A stretch of DNA of 64,000 nucleotides from Eledone cirrhosa (taxonomy: Eukaryota). Below are positions 45,586-58,789 of this stretch, piece after piece. The stretch spans positions 25,978,001 to 26,042,000 of the forward strand of contig OZ024763.1 in NCBI GenBank assembly GCA_964016885.1. The letters run 5' to 3'. The notes beneath the pieces are model-generated. The model had not been told where the DNA came from and did no database searches. It saw only the letters and a program-made list of their open reading frames with translations. Position numbers and translations under genes: made by a program. Positions within the stretch are counted from its first letter, which is position 1. The number at the start of each line of letters is the position of its first letter.

Positions 45586-47010
45586 ACTATATATACTCAA
45601 TTATAAGCCGATTCCTTTTTTATTTGAGAAATAGGCCAGAATCCAAACCCCATTTATAAGCCATGGTGGCTAATCAACAGAGGACAGTTTTGAAATTCTC
45701 ATGAGTGGAGAATATATTTATGAAGTTTTAATATTTTGATATTTAAAATGTTTTAAGTGTCATTTAGAGTATAGTTTTAATTTCACTTCTTTATGTAATG
45801 AGTTACCATTTTCTGATTGATTTCAAGGCCATATTCATTAAAATCATCAAATATAATAGCAAATATAAATTTCACCTCCAAAGTGAAACTGGTGTAATAT
45901 TCCAAAGTGAAACTGGTGTAATATTCACCTCCAAAGTGTAACTGGTGTAATATATCCACCACCAAAGTGAAACTGGTGTAATATATTCACCTGCAAAGTG
46001 AAACTGGTGTAATATATTCACCTGCAAAGTGAAACTGGTGTAATATTCCAAAGTGAAACCGGTGTAATATTCCAAAGTGAAACTGGTGTAATATACCAAA
46101 GTGAAACTGGTGTAATATTCACCTCCAAAGTGTAAACTGGTGTAATATTCCAAAGTGAAACTGGTGTAATATTCACCTCCAAAGTGTAAAATGGTGTCAT
46201 ATTCACCTCCAAAGTGTAAACTGGTGTAATATTCCAAAGTGAAACTGGTGTAATATATTCACCTGCAAAGTGAAACTGGTGTAATATATCCACCTCCAAA
46301 GTGAAACTGGTGCAGTATTCACCTACAAAGTGAAACTGGTGTAATATTCCAAAGTGAAACTGGTGTAATATTCCAAAGTGAAACTGGTGTAATATTCACC
46401 TCCAAAGTGTAAACTGGTGTAATATTCCAAAGTGAAACTGGTGTAATATACACCTCCAAAGTGAAACTGGTGTAATATATCCACCACCAAAGTGAAAGTG
46501 GTATAATATTCCAAAGTGAAACGTAATATTCTCAAGTGAAACTGGTGTAATATTCACCTCCTAAGTGAAACTGGTGTAATATATTCACCTGCTAAGTGAA
46601 ACTGGTGTAATATATCCACATCGAAAGTAAAACTGGTGTAATATATTCACCTGCAAAGTAAAACTGGTGTAATATATTCACCTGCAAAGTGAAACTGGTG
46701 TAATATATTCACCTGCAAAGTGAAACTGGTGTAATATATTCACCTACAAAGTGAAACTGGTGTAATATTCCAAAGTGAAACTGGTGTAATATTGCAAAGT
46801 GAAACTGGTGTAATATTCCAAAGTGAAACTGGTGTAATATTCACCTCCAAAGTGAAACTGGTGCAAAGCGAAAATATTTTAGCACCTCATTTACATATAA
46901 TTTTTAAGTTGGTGAAATCAAAATATTGACCTCGAAGACAAGTCCTCCTCCCTATTTTACCATCAATATTTTGTCACATTTATCGACATATATACAAGTA
47001 TATACAATAT
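45586..47010. mobile_element. Tc2/pogo-like MITE remnants flanking a minisatellite
   Basis: Left tactatatatactcaattataagccga...gagaaataggccagaatccaaaccc; right aagttggtgaaatcaaaatattgacc...tcgacatatatacaagtatatac; both match the 9114-9334 element. Confidence 0.5.
45872..46866. repeat. Minisatellite with 24/29/31-bp units caaagtgaaactggtgtaatat(at)tc(acctc)
   Basis: About 35 tandem units, read directly. Confidence 0.95.
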
Positions 47011-47605
47011 TTACTTTACATAAATTATCAAAAGATTTGCTATTTATGTAAACAGAATTATCCGAAACTAAATCTAATAAAATTTCTTTTAATTAAATTT
47101 AAGAAAAAAAATATAGTTTGAAAGAAAACTAGAGATCACTGCTCCGACCAAGGTGTAGGAGTCACTGATTTTGACCAAGGTGTAGGAGTCACGACATACA
47201 AAATAAACAGTACTCACTGTAAATGAGGTTAGCGTTTTGAAAGGCTTCCAGCTGTTAAAGCGAAGCCAAGATCAGTTCTGTATGAGCAAGACATGGTCAC
47301 CTGACCTGGCATTGCCCACAATAGGACAACTCGTCTAACCCATGCTAGCGTAGAAAAATGGACATTAAATTGTGATTATATATATATATATATATATTAT
47401 GTGTGTGAGAGAGTCTCTGGTTCAATCGAGGGGGAAACCACAATAGGTAAAGTACTCAATACATTAGTAGAGTATATACAAAATATAATATAGAAATAGT
47501 ATCTACAGGACTAGAAATATTTCATTCGAAGGAAATCATCAGGAAAGCCCCGATTTCCTTGAAATGAAAGTTCTAGTCCTGTAGGAGTCATTTCTATATC
47601 ATTCT

Positions 47606-48062
47606 GTTGACAAAGGGTTTCTCCCTACGAACGAAAAGCCAGTTATATGATGCCTGTGTGAGATGGGTAGCAACTGCGGAGGATATGCGACGGCTGGAGA
47701 GAAATGAATCAAGCATGCTCCGTTGGATGTGCAATGTCAATGTGTGTGAACGACCAAGTAGAGACGAGTTGAAAAAGAAACTGGGTATAAGAGGGATAAG
47801 TTGTGGTGTGCAGGAGAGAAGACTGCGATGGTATGGACATGTGATGCGCATGGAGGATGACCGCTGGGTAAAGAAGTGCCAAGAAATCCCAGTAGAAGGA
47901 AGATGCAGTAGAGGAAGACCACGAAAATCATGGGCGGGAGTGGTGAGAGCTGACCTCAGATCGCTGAAACTCACAGATGACGACGAAGGACAGTGACGAT
48001 GGAGAGATGCTGTGCTGAATAGGACCCGTCCCACCCTTGCAAGCAGGAAAACTCAGACGTAT
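47606..48062 (+). mobile_element. RTE-clade LINE 3' fragment
   Basis: SLRTKSQLYDACVR...LERNESSMLRWMC...RRLRWYGHVMRM...GRPRKSW; same tail as 2651-2990. Confidence 0.92.
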
Positions 48063-48759
48063 GAAAAGATATATATATATAAGATTCAAATATACTACTT
48101 GACCAATATACTAATATGTATAGATAATATAGATATAACAAACCTGTTGGTATAAATATCAACACTGGTAGACTCCTTCAGTACAGGAGAGGGGCAGATG
48201 ATACTCCTGGCTTGTGTTTGATCAATAGCATCACTCCTTCCCTCTGGCACTTAAATTTCTATTTGGTAGTGACCAGTTGTTTCCTCCTACTAAGAAAGAA
48301 ATACCACCAGGGGTCAGAAGGTTAATTTATGAGTTTTATTTATTTACTTTATGTATCATATACAGGGTGTCCCCCCAAAATGTATACACGCTTCAACAAT
48401 ATTCTTATAAATATGTGTATGCATTTTGGGGGGTCACCCTGTATTTGTGGTGGAAGGTTATTGTGGCTGAGGGAAGGAAGGGAGGGAGAATGTAGATTGT
48501 GTGTGTGTGTTGACTGTAGACTGTGTGTGTGCGCGTGCGTGTCTGTGTGTAAGTAGAAGAGAGAGAGAACCCGAGATGGGAGAGACACATGCATGTATGT
48601 GTGTCTCCCATCTCACGTTCTCTCTCCCTTCTCCTTGCACATGTGTGTGTGTGTGTACCCCAACTCTTGGAGGAGTCGGGGCGCCATAGAGATGTAGAGT
48701 GTGCCTTGGGCATTTATAAACCTGGTGGAGCCCATCTCATCAGAGAGAGGGACAGAGAC

Positions 48760-48821
<62 letters not shown>

Positions 48822-48833
48822 ACATACGCATGT

Positions 48834-49053
48834 TTAACCCTTTGGCATTTAAACCGGCCATATCTGGCCAGAATTCTCTCACCTCTTTCTGTTCAAACCG
48901 ACCGTAACTCGCCACACATACTGATGTTAAGGTATTGTTTTCAAAGTAAATAATATCAAAATCTCAGATTCGATGTGAATAATTATGTGAGATCAAATCT
49001 TTACTGTGAAAATACAATAGTAGATATAGAGTAATGTGAATGCTAAAGTGTTA
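48834..49053. mobile_element. piggyBac-like MITE (inverted relative to 49-248)
   Basis: ttaaccctttggcatttaaacc ... aatgctaaagtgttaa. Confidence 0.75.
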
Positions 49054-49118
49054 AATACACACAAACACACACACAAACATACATATACACAGCCTTAATA
49101 TAAACCATCAATACTTAC

Positions 49119-49304
49119 CATAGATATACAGTGTTGTTTACCATCTCCGGTCAGTTTAAACTGGAGATGGTAGACAGCCAGACCAATCTCAGAGATAATA
49201 TTTACGTTTATGTTGACAGAGGGCAAATGGGTGGATATTGGTGTGGTCAGCCAGAACAATGACGTCCCCTTCTTCTGTAAGGTTGCCAGGACGGGACTGG
49301 GTCA
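49119..49304 (-). other. Possible spliced exon
   Basis: GC-richer unique island with acceptor ttgttttaattttgtAG (alternative AG 8 nt further on) and donor ATG|GTAAGT; one frame open for ~60 codons (PVLATLQKKG...KQHCISM). Confidence 0.3.
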
Positions 49305-49661
49305 CTACAAAATTAAAACAATATTTGTTATATGAACAGTGTGTGTGTGAGTAGGGGGGTAATTTTTTGCGTGGGGGTTAATTTAGAGAATATAGGGTTA
49401 ACATCAACAATGTGGAGGTAATATGGCTAACATGAAGAGTGTGGTGTGTGTGTATGTGGGGGGCTAACATGAAGAGTGCGGTGGTGGTGGGGGGAAACAT
49501 GGCGAGAGTGTGGTGGGGGGTGCAAACATGGCGATCGAGTGTGTGGGCGGGGCGGGGAGGGGCAAACATGGCGAGAGTGTGTGTGGGGGGCTAACATGGA
49601 GATAGTGTGGGGGCTTTTGAACAGGGGGGGATATCAGTATGCGTGCAGTTGTAGAAGGGTA

Positions 49662-49741
<80 letters not shown>

Positions 49742-49742
49742 A

Positions 49743-49960
49743 GGCACGTGGCCTAGTGGTAAGGGTCTTGGACTTACAATCATAACATCGTGGGTTCGAT
49801 TCCTGGGTTCTGTGTTGTGTTCTTGAGCAAAACACTTCATTTCACGTTGCTCCAGTAAACTCAGCTGAAAATGAGTACCAACAATAGATGGGGGTTTAAC
49901 CCTGCGATAGACTGGCGCCCTGTCCAGGGTGGAGTCTTGTACTCTGTCGTTTCACGCCAT
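49743..49960 (+). mobile_element. tRNA-derived SINE (same head family as 3253)
   Basis: A box tggcctagtgg, B box ggttcgattcc, central ttcttgagcaaaacactt...ctccagtaaactcagctg. Confidence 0.85.
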
Positions 49961-50095
49961 AATGCATGGAAAATCTAAGTCGTCTAACTACAGAGGTACA
50001 ACGTCAAACCATTCTAGCCCATTACTATAAAAAGTTATTTCAAAAATAAATAGATGCTAAATAGAAAAAGAGAAATGGGGAATACATATACATAC

Positions 50096-50135
<40 letters not shown>

Positions 50136-50293
50136 TAAAATAACAGATTAAAGTTTAAGCAAAGAATCGCTGCTTTCACCCTTAACGGGATCTGTTATTT
50201 TAATAAATATTTGCTCTACGGTTCTTATATATTTGATATATATTTATCCTTATCGAGCCCTCTTTGGATTTTAGTCTTCAAATTTATTATTAT

Positions 50294-50332
<39 letters not shown>

Positions 50333-50377
50333 AGTGAGTTTTATTATTTCTGGAAATATAATAATATCCCCCACCCC

Positions 50378-50411
<34 letters not shown>

Positions 50412-50436
50412 AATATATATAGGGGTGGGGGATATT

Positions 50437-51143
50437 ATTATATTGCCAGAAATAATAAAACTCACTTTTTGGTTTGGGTTGGATTTCACTTCCATATATT
50501 TTATATCTATCCCTATAGTTAATTTAACTAGCAATCAATGTTTTATTGATTGACCAACAGTTTTATATATATATACATAGTCTCCCAGAGTTCTTTCGTC
50601 ACACACCTGTGAGATCAGTGATACTATTGTTTCTTCCTGTTGTATTGTAATGATGGTACAACAACCAATCAAAGGCCATAAGAAAGATTAAAGTGGTAGA
50701 AAAGCCAGGATCTACTATAAAATCCCTGAATTAGGGAAGCAACTGAAATAGAACCAAGAAAACCGAAGTAGAACAGAAAACTTCAATGGAACAACAACAA
50801 CCATACAAATACACACTAGTGACCAAAGATAGAATACAAACACGAACACAAACCAAACAGAAAACGCGCATAGAAACACATTCGGAAATCGAGACAAATA
50901 AATAAACAATTGAATAAGTAAACATTACAATACAACGGGAGGAAACAATAATATCACTGATGATGTCACAAGTGTGTGATGAAAGAATTCAGACTATAAA
51001 TAAATATATATATATATAAACAGTTGGTCAATCAATGGTAAACATTGATTGCCAGCTAAATTAACTATCGGGATGTAGAATATACGGAAGCCAAAACCAA
51101 CCCAACCCAAACTGTTTTATTATATATTTCTGGCAATACTATA
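50437..51143. mobile_element. Foldback element with ~215-bp TIRs, plus adjacent small palindrome at 50330-50470
   Basis: tattgccagaaat...tgttgtattgtaatg versus cattacaatacaac...atttctggcaata. Confidence 0.7.
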
Positions 51144-51378
51144 ACAATATGACCCTTCCCAAATATAATTTGTTTCGACATACGATTTCATATAAAAAAA
51201 TGTTGCAAATAAATTAGTTCGGATCTAGCTGTCGAAACATCTAGCTTCTGTGTTTTTTTTTCTTTTGTTTTTCCTTTCCCTTTCCTTTATATTATATTAT
51301 ATTATATATTTGTTTGTGCTTTCGTTCTGTAAATATTGTATTATATTTCTTTTTATAAGAAATATAATACAATTTTAA

Positions 51379-51558
51379 GGGCAGTAGATTGGCAGTATCA
51401 GTAGAGAGTCGGACACCATGCTTTGCAGCATAGAGTCACGGCCCTTTACGCTCTGAGTTCAAATCCCGCTGAGGTTAACTTTACCTTTCATCCTTACGGC
51501 GTCGATAAAATAAAGTACCAGTCATGCGCTGGCCTTGTGTCAAATGTAGAAACAATGA
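51379..51558 (+). mobile_element. Nin/Deu-like tRNA SINE
   Basis: ggcagtagattggcagtatcagtagagagtcggacaccatg...gagttcaaatcccgctgaggttaact. Confidence 0.85.
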
Positions 51559-52032
51559 TATTTCTTTTTATACAAAATAAAATTTAAATCATCTATAATA
51601 CTTGGATACAACAATACAATAAAAATATTGCAAATGAGAGGTGTCATTTACCTTTAATCTCACCTCTTCCCATTAGATCTATATTTTACTTCTGGAATAC
51701 TGTATTAACATTTATATTTTCATGTCTATATTATTAAGTATTAAGGTTGTTATATAATATTTAGAATACAGTCTACAGACAAGGGGAAGTAGGGAAGGGA
51801 TAATTATTTAAAAACTGATCTCTCAACTCCATCTTTATTTAGCTTACCCCAGGGTTTCCCAACCTGGGCGATTTCATATATACGTACACATATATATTCA
51901 TTAAATAATAACCCTTCTTTAATATTTAACTCTGCACCTTAAGCATTGAGCACACCTCGCTTCGGCTACTGGCGTCTAGTATACTGTACCACACTTTTTT
52001 GTCTCCTCTTTTCTTATGATACATATCTTCTC

Positions 52033-52074
<42 letters not shown>

Positions 52075-53030
52075 CATGCATAAACACTTCTATGCAAATA
52101 CTCATACATATATATTAAAAACACATATATACCAGCATAATAACGATTGACAAACCATCAGGACACATGCTTTGCTTGCTCGTGTGAAAACCGAACTTGC
52201 TACTCTACGTACACTGACGGAAACAGATATGTACATAAACACACAAATAGAACTGGTATGACTTATATAGGTACATCAAAGATTTTGTTCCAATATTGAA
52301 CCATTCGAGGTAGTTAGAACGAAGTAGCAGTGTAGTACTGGGGTCAATTCTTCTATATCTCTTAATTCCTTTCTCTCACTCTATATCCGTCTCAGGAAAA
52401 CATAACCTATCTGGGGTAGAGATCGGATCTGTCACCTTATACAAAATGCCCCGAACACCCCGAATGTCAATGTGGGACCTCTACAACTCCCTAGGTCCCT
52501 ACATACATACATAGAAACATCAGAGATATCTTTTATATCTTTCACTCGATAATGCTAGACAAGTATTCCGTGAGTCAGAAAGGAATATTTGCGATATGAC
52601 GGGAGAACCTCTCTGAATAAATATTAGATAGTTCAGATGCTACGTAAAGCAGGCGGCGACAACATCGAAGACCAGAGATGCCATGTGGAAATGGACATAA
52701 CACACATAGGGTTACCTTATAATCATAGACATTTGGGCTTATGAACACACACACTCACACACATATAAATATATACGGGTGCACAGGTGTACGGAGTTCT
52801 CATGTCGCCACTAAGGATTCCGCCAGATGTCCCGTCACACATCTCTACACCTTCCATTAAATGCTGATTAGTAAATATATAGTAAGTATATATCACATGT
52901 AAGAGGGAAAGCCATAGCAAGTGTTGAGGATAAGAGACGTGTGGAATTAATAATAAAAATATTGTTAAAATTATTAATAGTAGTAGTTGTCACAATAAAG
53001 TGGGGAGGACAACATTATTATAAATACTTA

Positions 53031-53320
53031 TAATTGTTTCTACTTTAGGCACAAGGCCAGCAATTACTCAGTACATTACTGGTACTTTATTTTATCGACC
53101 CCGTAAGGATGAAAGGCGTTGTTTAGAGGGCGGTGGATTGGCAGTATCAGTAGAGGGTCGGACGCCATGCTTTGACGTATAGAGTTACGGCCCTTGCCAT
53201 TCTGAGTTCAAATCCCGCCGAGGTTAACTTTGCCTTTCATCCTTACAGGCTCGATAAAATAAAGTACCAGTAATGCACTGGGTAATTGCTGGCCTTGTGC
53301 CAAACGTAGAAACAATTATT
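53031..53320. mobile_element. Head-to-head SINE pair (partial on -, full on +)
   Basis: 53031-53117 is the reverse complement of the 3' half of 53128-53320. Confidence 0.85.
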
Positions 53321-53844
53321 ATAAATACTTATATACACACAAGCTTAAACAGGTATACATACGTACGCTTATCTAGACTCGTACGTACATAAACGTTTAT
53401 AAATAAAAGCCGAAGCTGATAAAAAGAACATAGCTTACCATATCGAATTTGGAAGGATGCACATAACTGTTTCTACTTTAGGCACAAGGCCAGCAATTAC
53501 CCAGTGCATTACTGGTACTTTGTTGCTTCAACATGGTCCCATCATCATTTGCTGATACGATTATTGCATACGCAACACAAGTTTAAAGGGCTATCTGTTT
53601 AGAAACCATCAAGCCAGGCCACCATCTAGACACTGAGGTATGACAGTTGAAGGACATCAGGTGGTTATAGCTTCAAATCAAACCAAAAGAGATAAAAATA
53701 AAATCATATATTTTCTGAAAACTACAGAATAGTAAAAGACATGTCGACACCTTTGCGGTATTAATAAGACTGAGAAGGGTATGAACGCCACCACGTCAAT
53801 TAAGCTTCGAAAATAGAAAGTAGGTTTATATATCTATTAATTTT

Positions 53845-55050
53845 CATTTTCTTCCCCAATTCTGTATTTTGAAGTGCTTTCATTATTTTAAATATTTCTA
53901 TCATGTCACTCGTTTGATTAATCTCCTCCAAAGTTGTAATTCTAAGTGTTTGTCCTTGGTATAGTGAACTAATGTTGATATTTTCAAGTCTTGACATTTA
54001 TATCGAATAGTGTACTAATATTTAAATAGTCTTTATATTTTTATCCTGCTCCCCTAAGATTTATCTCCTCTAAATTTACAAAAGTTCACATTTCTTTCAC
54101 AAGATAGATCCTTAAATAATTATAGTGTTTTCTGTTTTCTTCTTCTCTTGGTTGCTTCAAGAGCCTCACCGTTTTTACAGATGTCGGTTGACAATTTTCT
54201 CAGTGGTATCATACATATTCATCTAGAATTTTAGATTTTTCAGCAATTAGCTAGGGAACAGAATGTTTTATTATTTCTATTATCCGTCTCCCTCTTTTGC
54301 TTCAACATGGTTAGCCATCTTTCAATTCATATTCATACATATTCACAATTCTTCTGTGAGGGGTATAAGAAGCTCGTTTTTTGCTCCACATTCGATACCA
54401 AATCATGCTTCCTTTTTATAACTTCGTTGTACAAATATAATAATTAAAGTATATATATATATAAGCAATGTATATATATATATAGCTTCTTATTAACTCT
54501 TTCCCGAAACATTTATTTCTTCAAAATAAGGTAAGACATATTCCGAAAAATATTGTAAGGTGTCTCAATAATTGTTCCATTTCAATCAATTTCTCATTTC
54601 AGTTTTCTTTAGAAATATCTTGGCGTTGAAGATTTGTCCTCATAGTAATTAGCTTGTCTCAAAATTGTTCGCAGTGTTTCCATGTTTAGTGTCACAAACT
54701 ATCGTTAATTCATGATTTTGCTCTAATGTAATAAATGTTACTTTTAAAAGAGTGAAGCTCTCAATTTTTTCTTTCTCTTCTATATTGATATCTAATGAAT
54801 GACAAATGTATGTGTTATGTGATAGGAGAAAAAACACCCAGCCTTCTTCCCTCGCTATTGAAGGCTAACTGACAATGTCGTTCGTAGGAGTAACAAGTTA
54901 CCTCTTACTGCCTTTTATATACCATGTTAACTGGAACGACTTTCCAAGTATGGATACACTCTCTCCTTATCAATATTGTCCGAGTCCGAGGACATTTTCT
55001 CCCTGGTTAAGGAGTGAGATAAAATATTAGGGATCAATCTCTAGCAATAA
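53845..55050 (-). mobile_element. Degenerate CR1 fragment (most diverged duplicate)
   Basis: LRITTLEEINQTSDMIEIFKIMK; collinear with the other CR1 copies. Confidence 0.65.
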
Positions 55051-55296
55051 TTTAATTAAATTATATTTAACCAAAGCTGTTATGTCGTGGTTGTTGTTAT
55101 ATTTTATAGTCGTGGTTTCAATGTTTATGAGGGGTTGTAGAATTAGTTTTATCTAATTATTATCAAACAAAAATGATGTATATATTGTCGTTGTACGTTG
55201 AAATCACATATATACATTTATATACACACCAAGGATGGAGGGAAGACGGAATTGAAAACCATTATTGCTGAGCACAACATTGCAGGATCAAATATA

Positions 55297-55329
<33 letters not shown>

Positions 55330-55555
55330 ATCAGGTATGACCATTGATGAATGTCCCTGCAGATCATCAGGTTGTAGGATGAAATCAACCCTAGAGAAAT
55401 GATAAGGTATATTTTATGGAAGCTTGAGAAGAATAAAAATGAAAGTGAACCATTTTGAATTAATATCATTGGGAAAGCCATGAAGGCCACTACATCAATT
55501 TTTCTTTTAAATAGAAAGTAGATTTATAAATTTTAATTTTGATAGTATTTTTGTA

Positions 55556-55650
55556 GTTGTCTTCGTAGCCTATTGGTAGGTGTTGGGACAGTGGTGATGC
55601 TGGTCTGGGGTTCAATCTCAGTCAGGAATCTCACGAGAAATTTAATTTTT
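55556..55650 (+). ncRNA. Putative Pol III two-hairpin small RNA, unit 11
   Basis: TATA at 55525 (-31); catgaaggccactacatc at -77; A box tagcctattgg; gttgtctt/gggacagt stem; B box ggttcaatc; T9 terminator. Confidence 0.55.
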
Positions 55651-55674
55651 TTTTAATTTTTCATAAAATGAACG

Positions 55675-55766
55675 AAAAATAGAGGTTGCAGGAATCTGAC
55701 TGAGATCGAACCCCAGACCAGCATCTCCATCACCTCTAATACTTACCACTAGTCTACAGAGGCGGT
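55675..55766 (-). ncRNA. Putative Pol III two-hairpin small RNA, unit 12
   Basis: TATA at -31; cgcctct/agaggtg stem (compensatory); B box ggttcgatc; T5 terminator. Confidence 0.55.
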
Positions 55767-55826
55767 TATAAAAACTTAGTGAAAATTAATATTTATAAAC
55801 CTACTTTTTCAATTTTTTATAAAAAC

Positions 55827-55927
55827 AAAATTTCTGTACAAGGTTTTCATGTACACCTGACAGAGATCGAACCCCTAATCAATATCACCACTGTCTCTAA
55901 TGTCTACCACTAGACCACTGAGACGGT
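55827..55927 (-). ncRNA. Putative Pol III two-hairpin small RNA, unit 13 (extra tandem copy)
   Basis: TATA at -31; A box tggtctagtgg; inner stem gtcta/tagac and ttgat/gtcag (compensatory); B box ggttcgatc. Confidence 0.55.
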
Positions 55928-58452
55928 TATGAAATCGTAGTGAAAATTAATATTTATAAAACTACATTTTGTTTCTGACGATCCCGTAACAAGTTTAAAG
56001 CAGCGATTCTTTGCTTAAACTTTAATTTGTACTCATAATAAATAAATAAACATATGTATTTATGTGTGTATACATGTATATTCGTTGCTTTGATGCTATT
56101 TCTAGCATATTTATTGTTGTTTTTTATGAAAAATACAGAAACCGGAAGTGAAAAGATTGAAAAATCTTTGGTCAAAATTCAGGCGAACATTTTTAAACAA
56201 AAGGATTTTTTTTGTAAACAAACTTGAAATTTTTGCCAAGAAACATAACTCTTGCCTGACTTAAACGCAAAAATTGATGCAAAAACTTTGCGTGTGTGCA
56301 AATTATAGGGACTGTACGAATTCGTTGTGAAAATTAATATTTATAAAACTACATTTTGTTCGGTTGAAAACTCGATGTAGTGGCATTCATGGCTTTTTCG
56401 GGACGTCCTTGAATTCATAAAGTAAATCTAGACTTTATTTCTCATTGCTCTAGGCTCGATTTGAACCTACAACAACTCCGTCTGCAATAATGTCATACCT
56501 CATTCCAGCTTAGTACGTCGTACCCGTAAATTGTTAAACGTGGTTCCTATATATACATGCAAGTAAGATTTGAACCTACAATGCTGTGCTTAATTTCTAT
56601 TAATAAGTGTGTTTTATAAAAGAAAGTAAAGAAACAATTTAATGAAAGTAAAAAATTTATTTTATTCAGGAATGTTTTTTTTTTTATTTTATGTATTCAC
56701 TTCATTAACTGCTGAATAGTTCTCTTGTTTTTGTTTTTGTTTGTTCTTACCATTGTTTACTGTAAATGTGACGAGACTGGATTATTACCAAGTTTTACTG
56801 GATGATGGCATTTCCTTATTTTGTTGTCAGTGGACATCTCTCTAAATACCTGGAATAAACATATGGTGTGTCTTTTACGTAACATTTCATTTAATATCTG
56901 ATGTTCCAATGGATTACTTTTAAAATAAAACCAATAAACAGGACAGGTAGACTCCATCAAAAGAGACCAGAGATGAGGTACGAATAATCTAAAATTAATT
57001 TTTTAAAAAGACAATGTTTAAAGAAAGAAACATTAAAAAAGGATTTCCAACAAACACGTAAAGACAAAGACAATCACATCCACAATTTAATATCTGAAGA
57101 TCAACATTTTTCACGATATAAATAAAACTAAATATGTAAAGTTAAGTGACCTCTCATTTATTTGCTCTAACTTTATTTTAATAATCTGTATTCTGTAGAC
57201 ATATATTTTCGTTGGTGTACATTACGATTTCGTTGATGAAAGTTTTCACTCGTCTTTAGATCTTTATTTCTTATAAAAGTTATCATACTCACCTCCTCTC
57301 ATTAGATCTCTATTTTACTTCTGGAATACTGTATTAACATTTATATTTTCATCTCGATATTATTAAGTATTAAGGTTGCCATGTATTAAATACAGTATAT
57401 AAACAAGGGAATATGAGGAGGGGTAATCATTTAAAAACAGCTAACCCCACACTCTGTGTATTTAGATTACCCCAGGGTGTCCCATGGGCGATTTCATATA
57501 TACATACACACATATATATACAAGTTATTGATTACAGAGTCGGGCTAGACCGATACAGAACGAACCTTAAGCTGATGAATAGCGACACGCGCGCCACGAA
57601 CCAATAAACGTAATGAAGGTGTACCCATTCGTCCTTGTTTTATTATATATATATTTTAATAAATATATATATAATATATATATATATACACATATTAATT
57701 AATTTATTTATTTATTTATTTCCACCTGGAGTTTCGACCGATAGATAGTATTAGCAATTGGAAAGACCAGTGGAAACATTGTTTCGTCGGTCCGATCTGA
57801 CGAAGGTCGATCGACTGTCTATATATGTATATACATACCCATACATTCATATTTACTCACTTCTATGTAAATATATATACATATTAAAAACACATACCAT
57901 ATACCAGCTTAAAAACGATTGACTAACCATCAGGACACATGCTTGCTCTTGTTAAAATTTCACAGAGATACTTATGAAAACCGAACTTGCAAGGCCACGT
58001 ACACTTACATACACACACCTGTACATACACAGACGTATAGAAAAGGTATGACTTATATAGGTACATCAAAGTTAATGTTCCACTATAGCACCATTCGAGG
58101 TAGATAAAACGAAGTACCAGTGTAGTAGTGGGGTCGATTCTTCTTCTATATCTCTTTCTTACTTCCTTTCTCCTACTTTCTCTCCTTCTCTGGTAAATAT
58201 CTCCTGTGATCAGATCTAGGGTAGAGATGGGATCAGTCAGCTTTTACAAAATACCCAAGACACCCCGAATATCAACGTGGGGTCACCAAGACTCCCTCGC
58301 AAGCTATACGTCCCTACATACATAGCAACATCAGACAGATCCTTTATGTAGATCACTTTTACTCGATGATGGAAGACAAGTGGAAATAGGCATCGACATA
58401 TAAATATACAAAAATAGGGGGACCTTATCATCATAAACACTTGGGCTTATGA

Positions 58453-58487
<35 letters not shown>

Positions 58488-58789
58488 ATTGGTGTTGGAT
58501 GCTTAAAGCCGTATTAGCACTCGATGCTCTCATAGAGTAGAGTATGATATCCCAGAAAAATAGAGAATCAGTGTTGCGACGAAGGGAATTTATTGGACAT
58601 ATTACAATCGTTTCTCTGGTGACCAAATCGAGTCACGATCGATGTGATGATCGAACCTGACTGAAAATTGTAAGGTCCTCAGATTTTCCTATTTCCATAC
58701 ATTTATTTACACACAAAGGATGGCAGACAGATCTCTGTATATTTTCATGAAATTATATTCACCGTTAACATGGAGTGACGACTAAACTG

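Noticed and set aside
45872-46866. CRISPR-like array
   Set aside because: Units are contiguous with no unique spacers, the context is eukaryotic and there are no cas genes.
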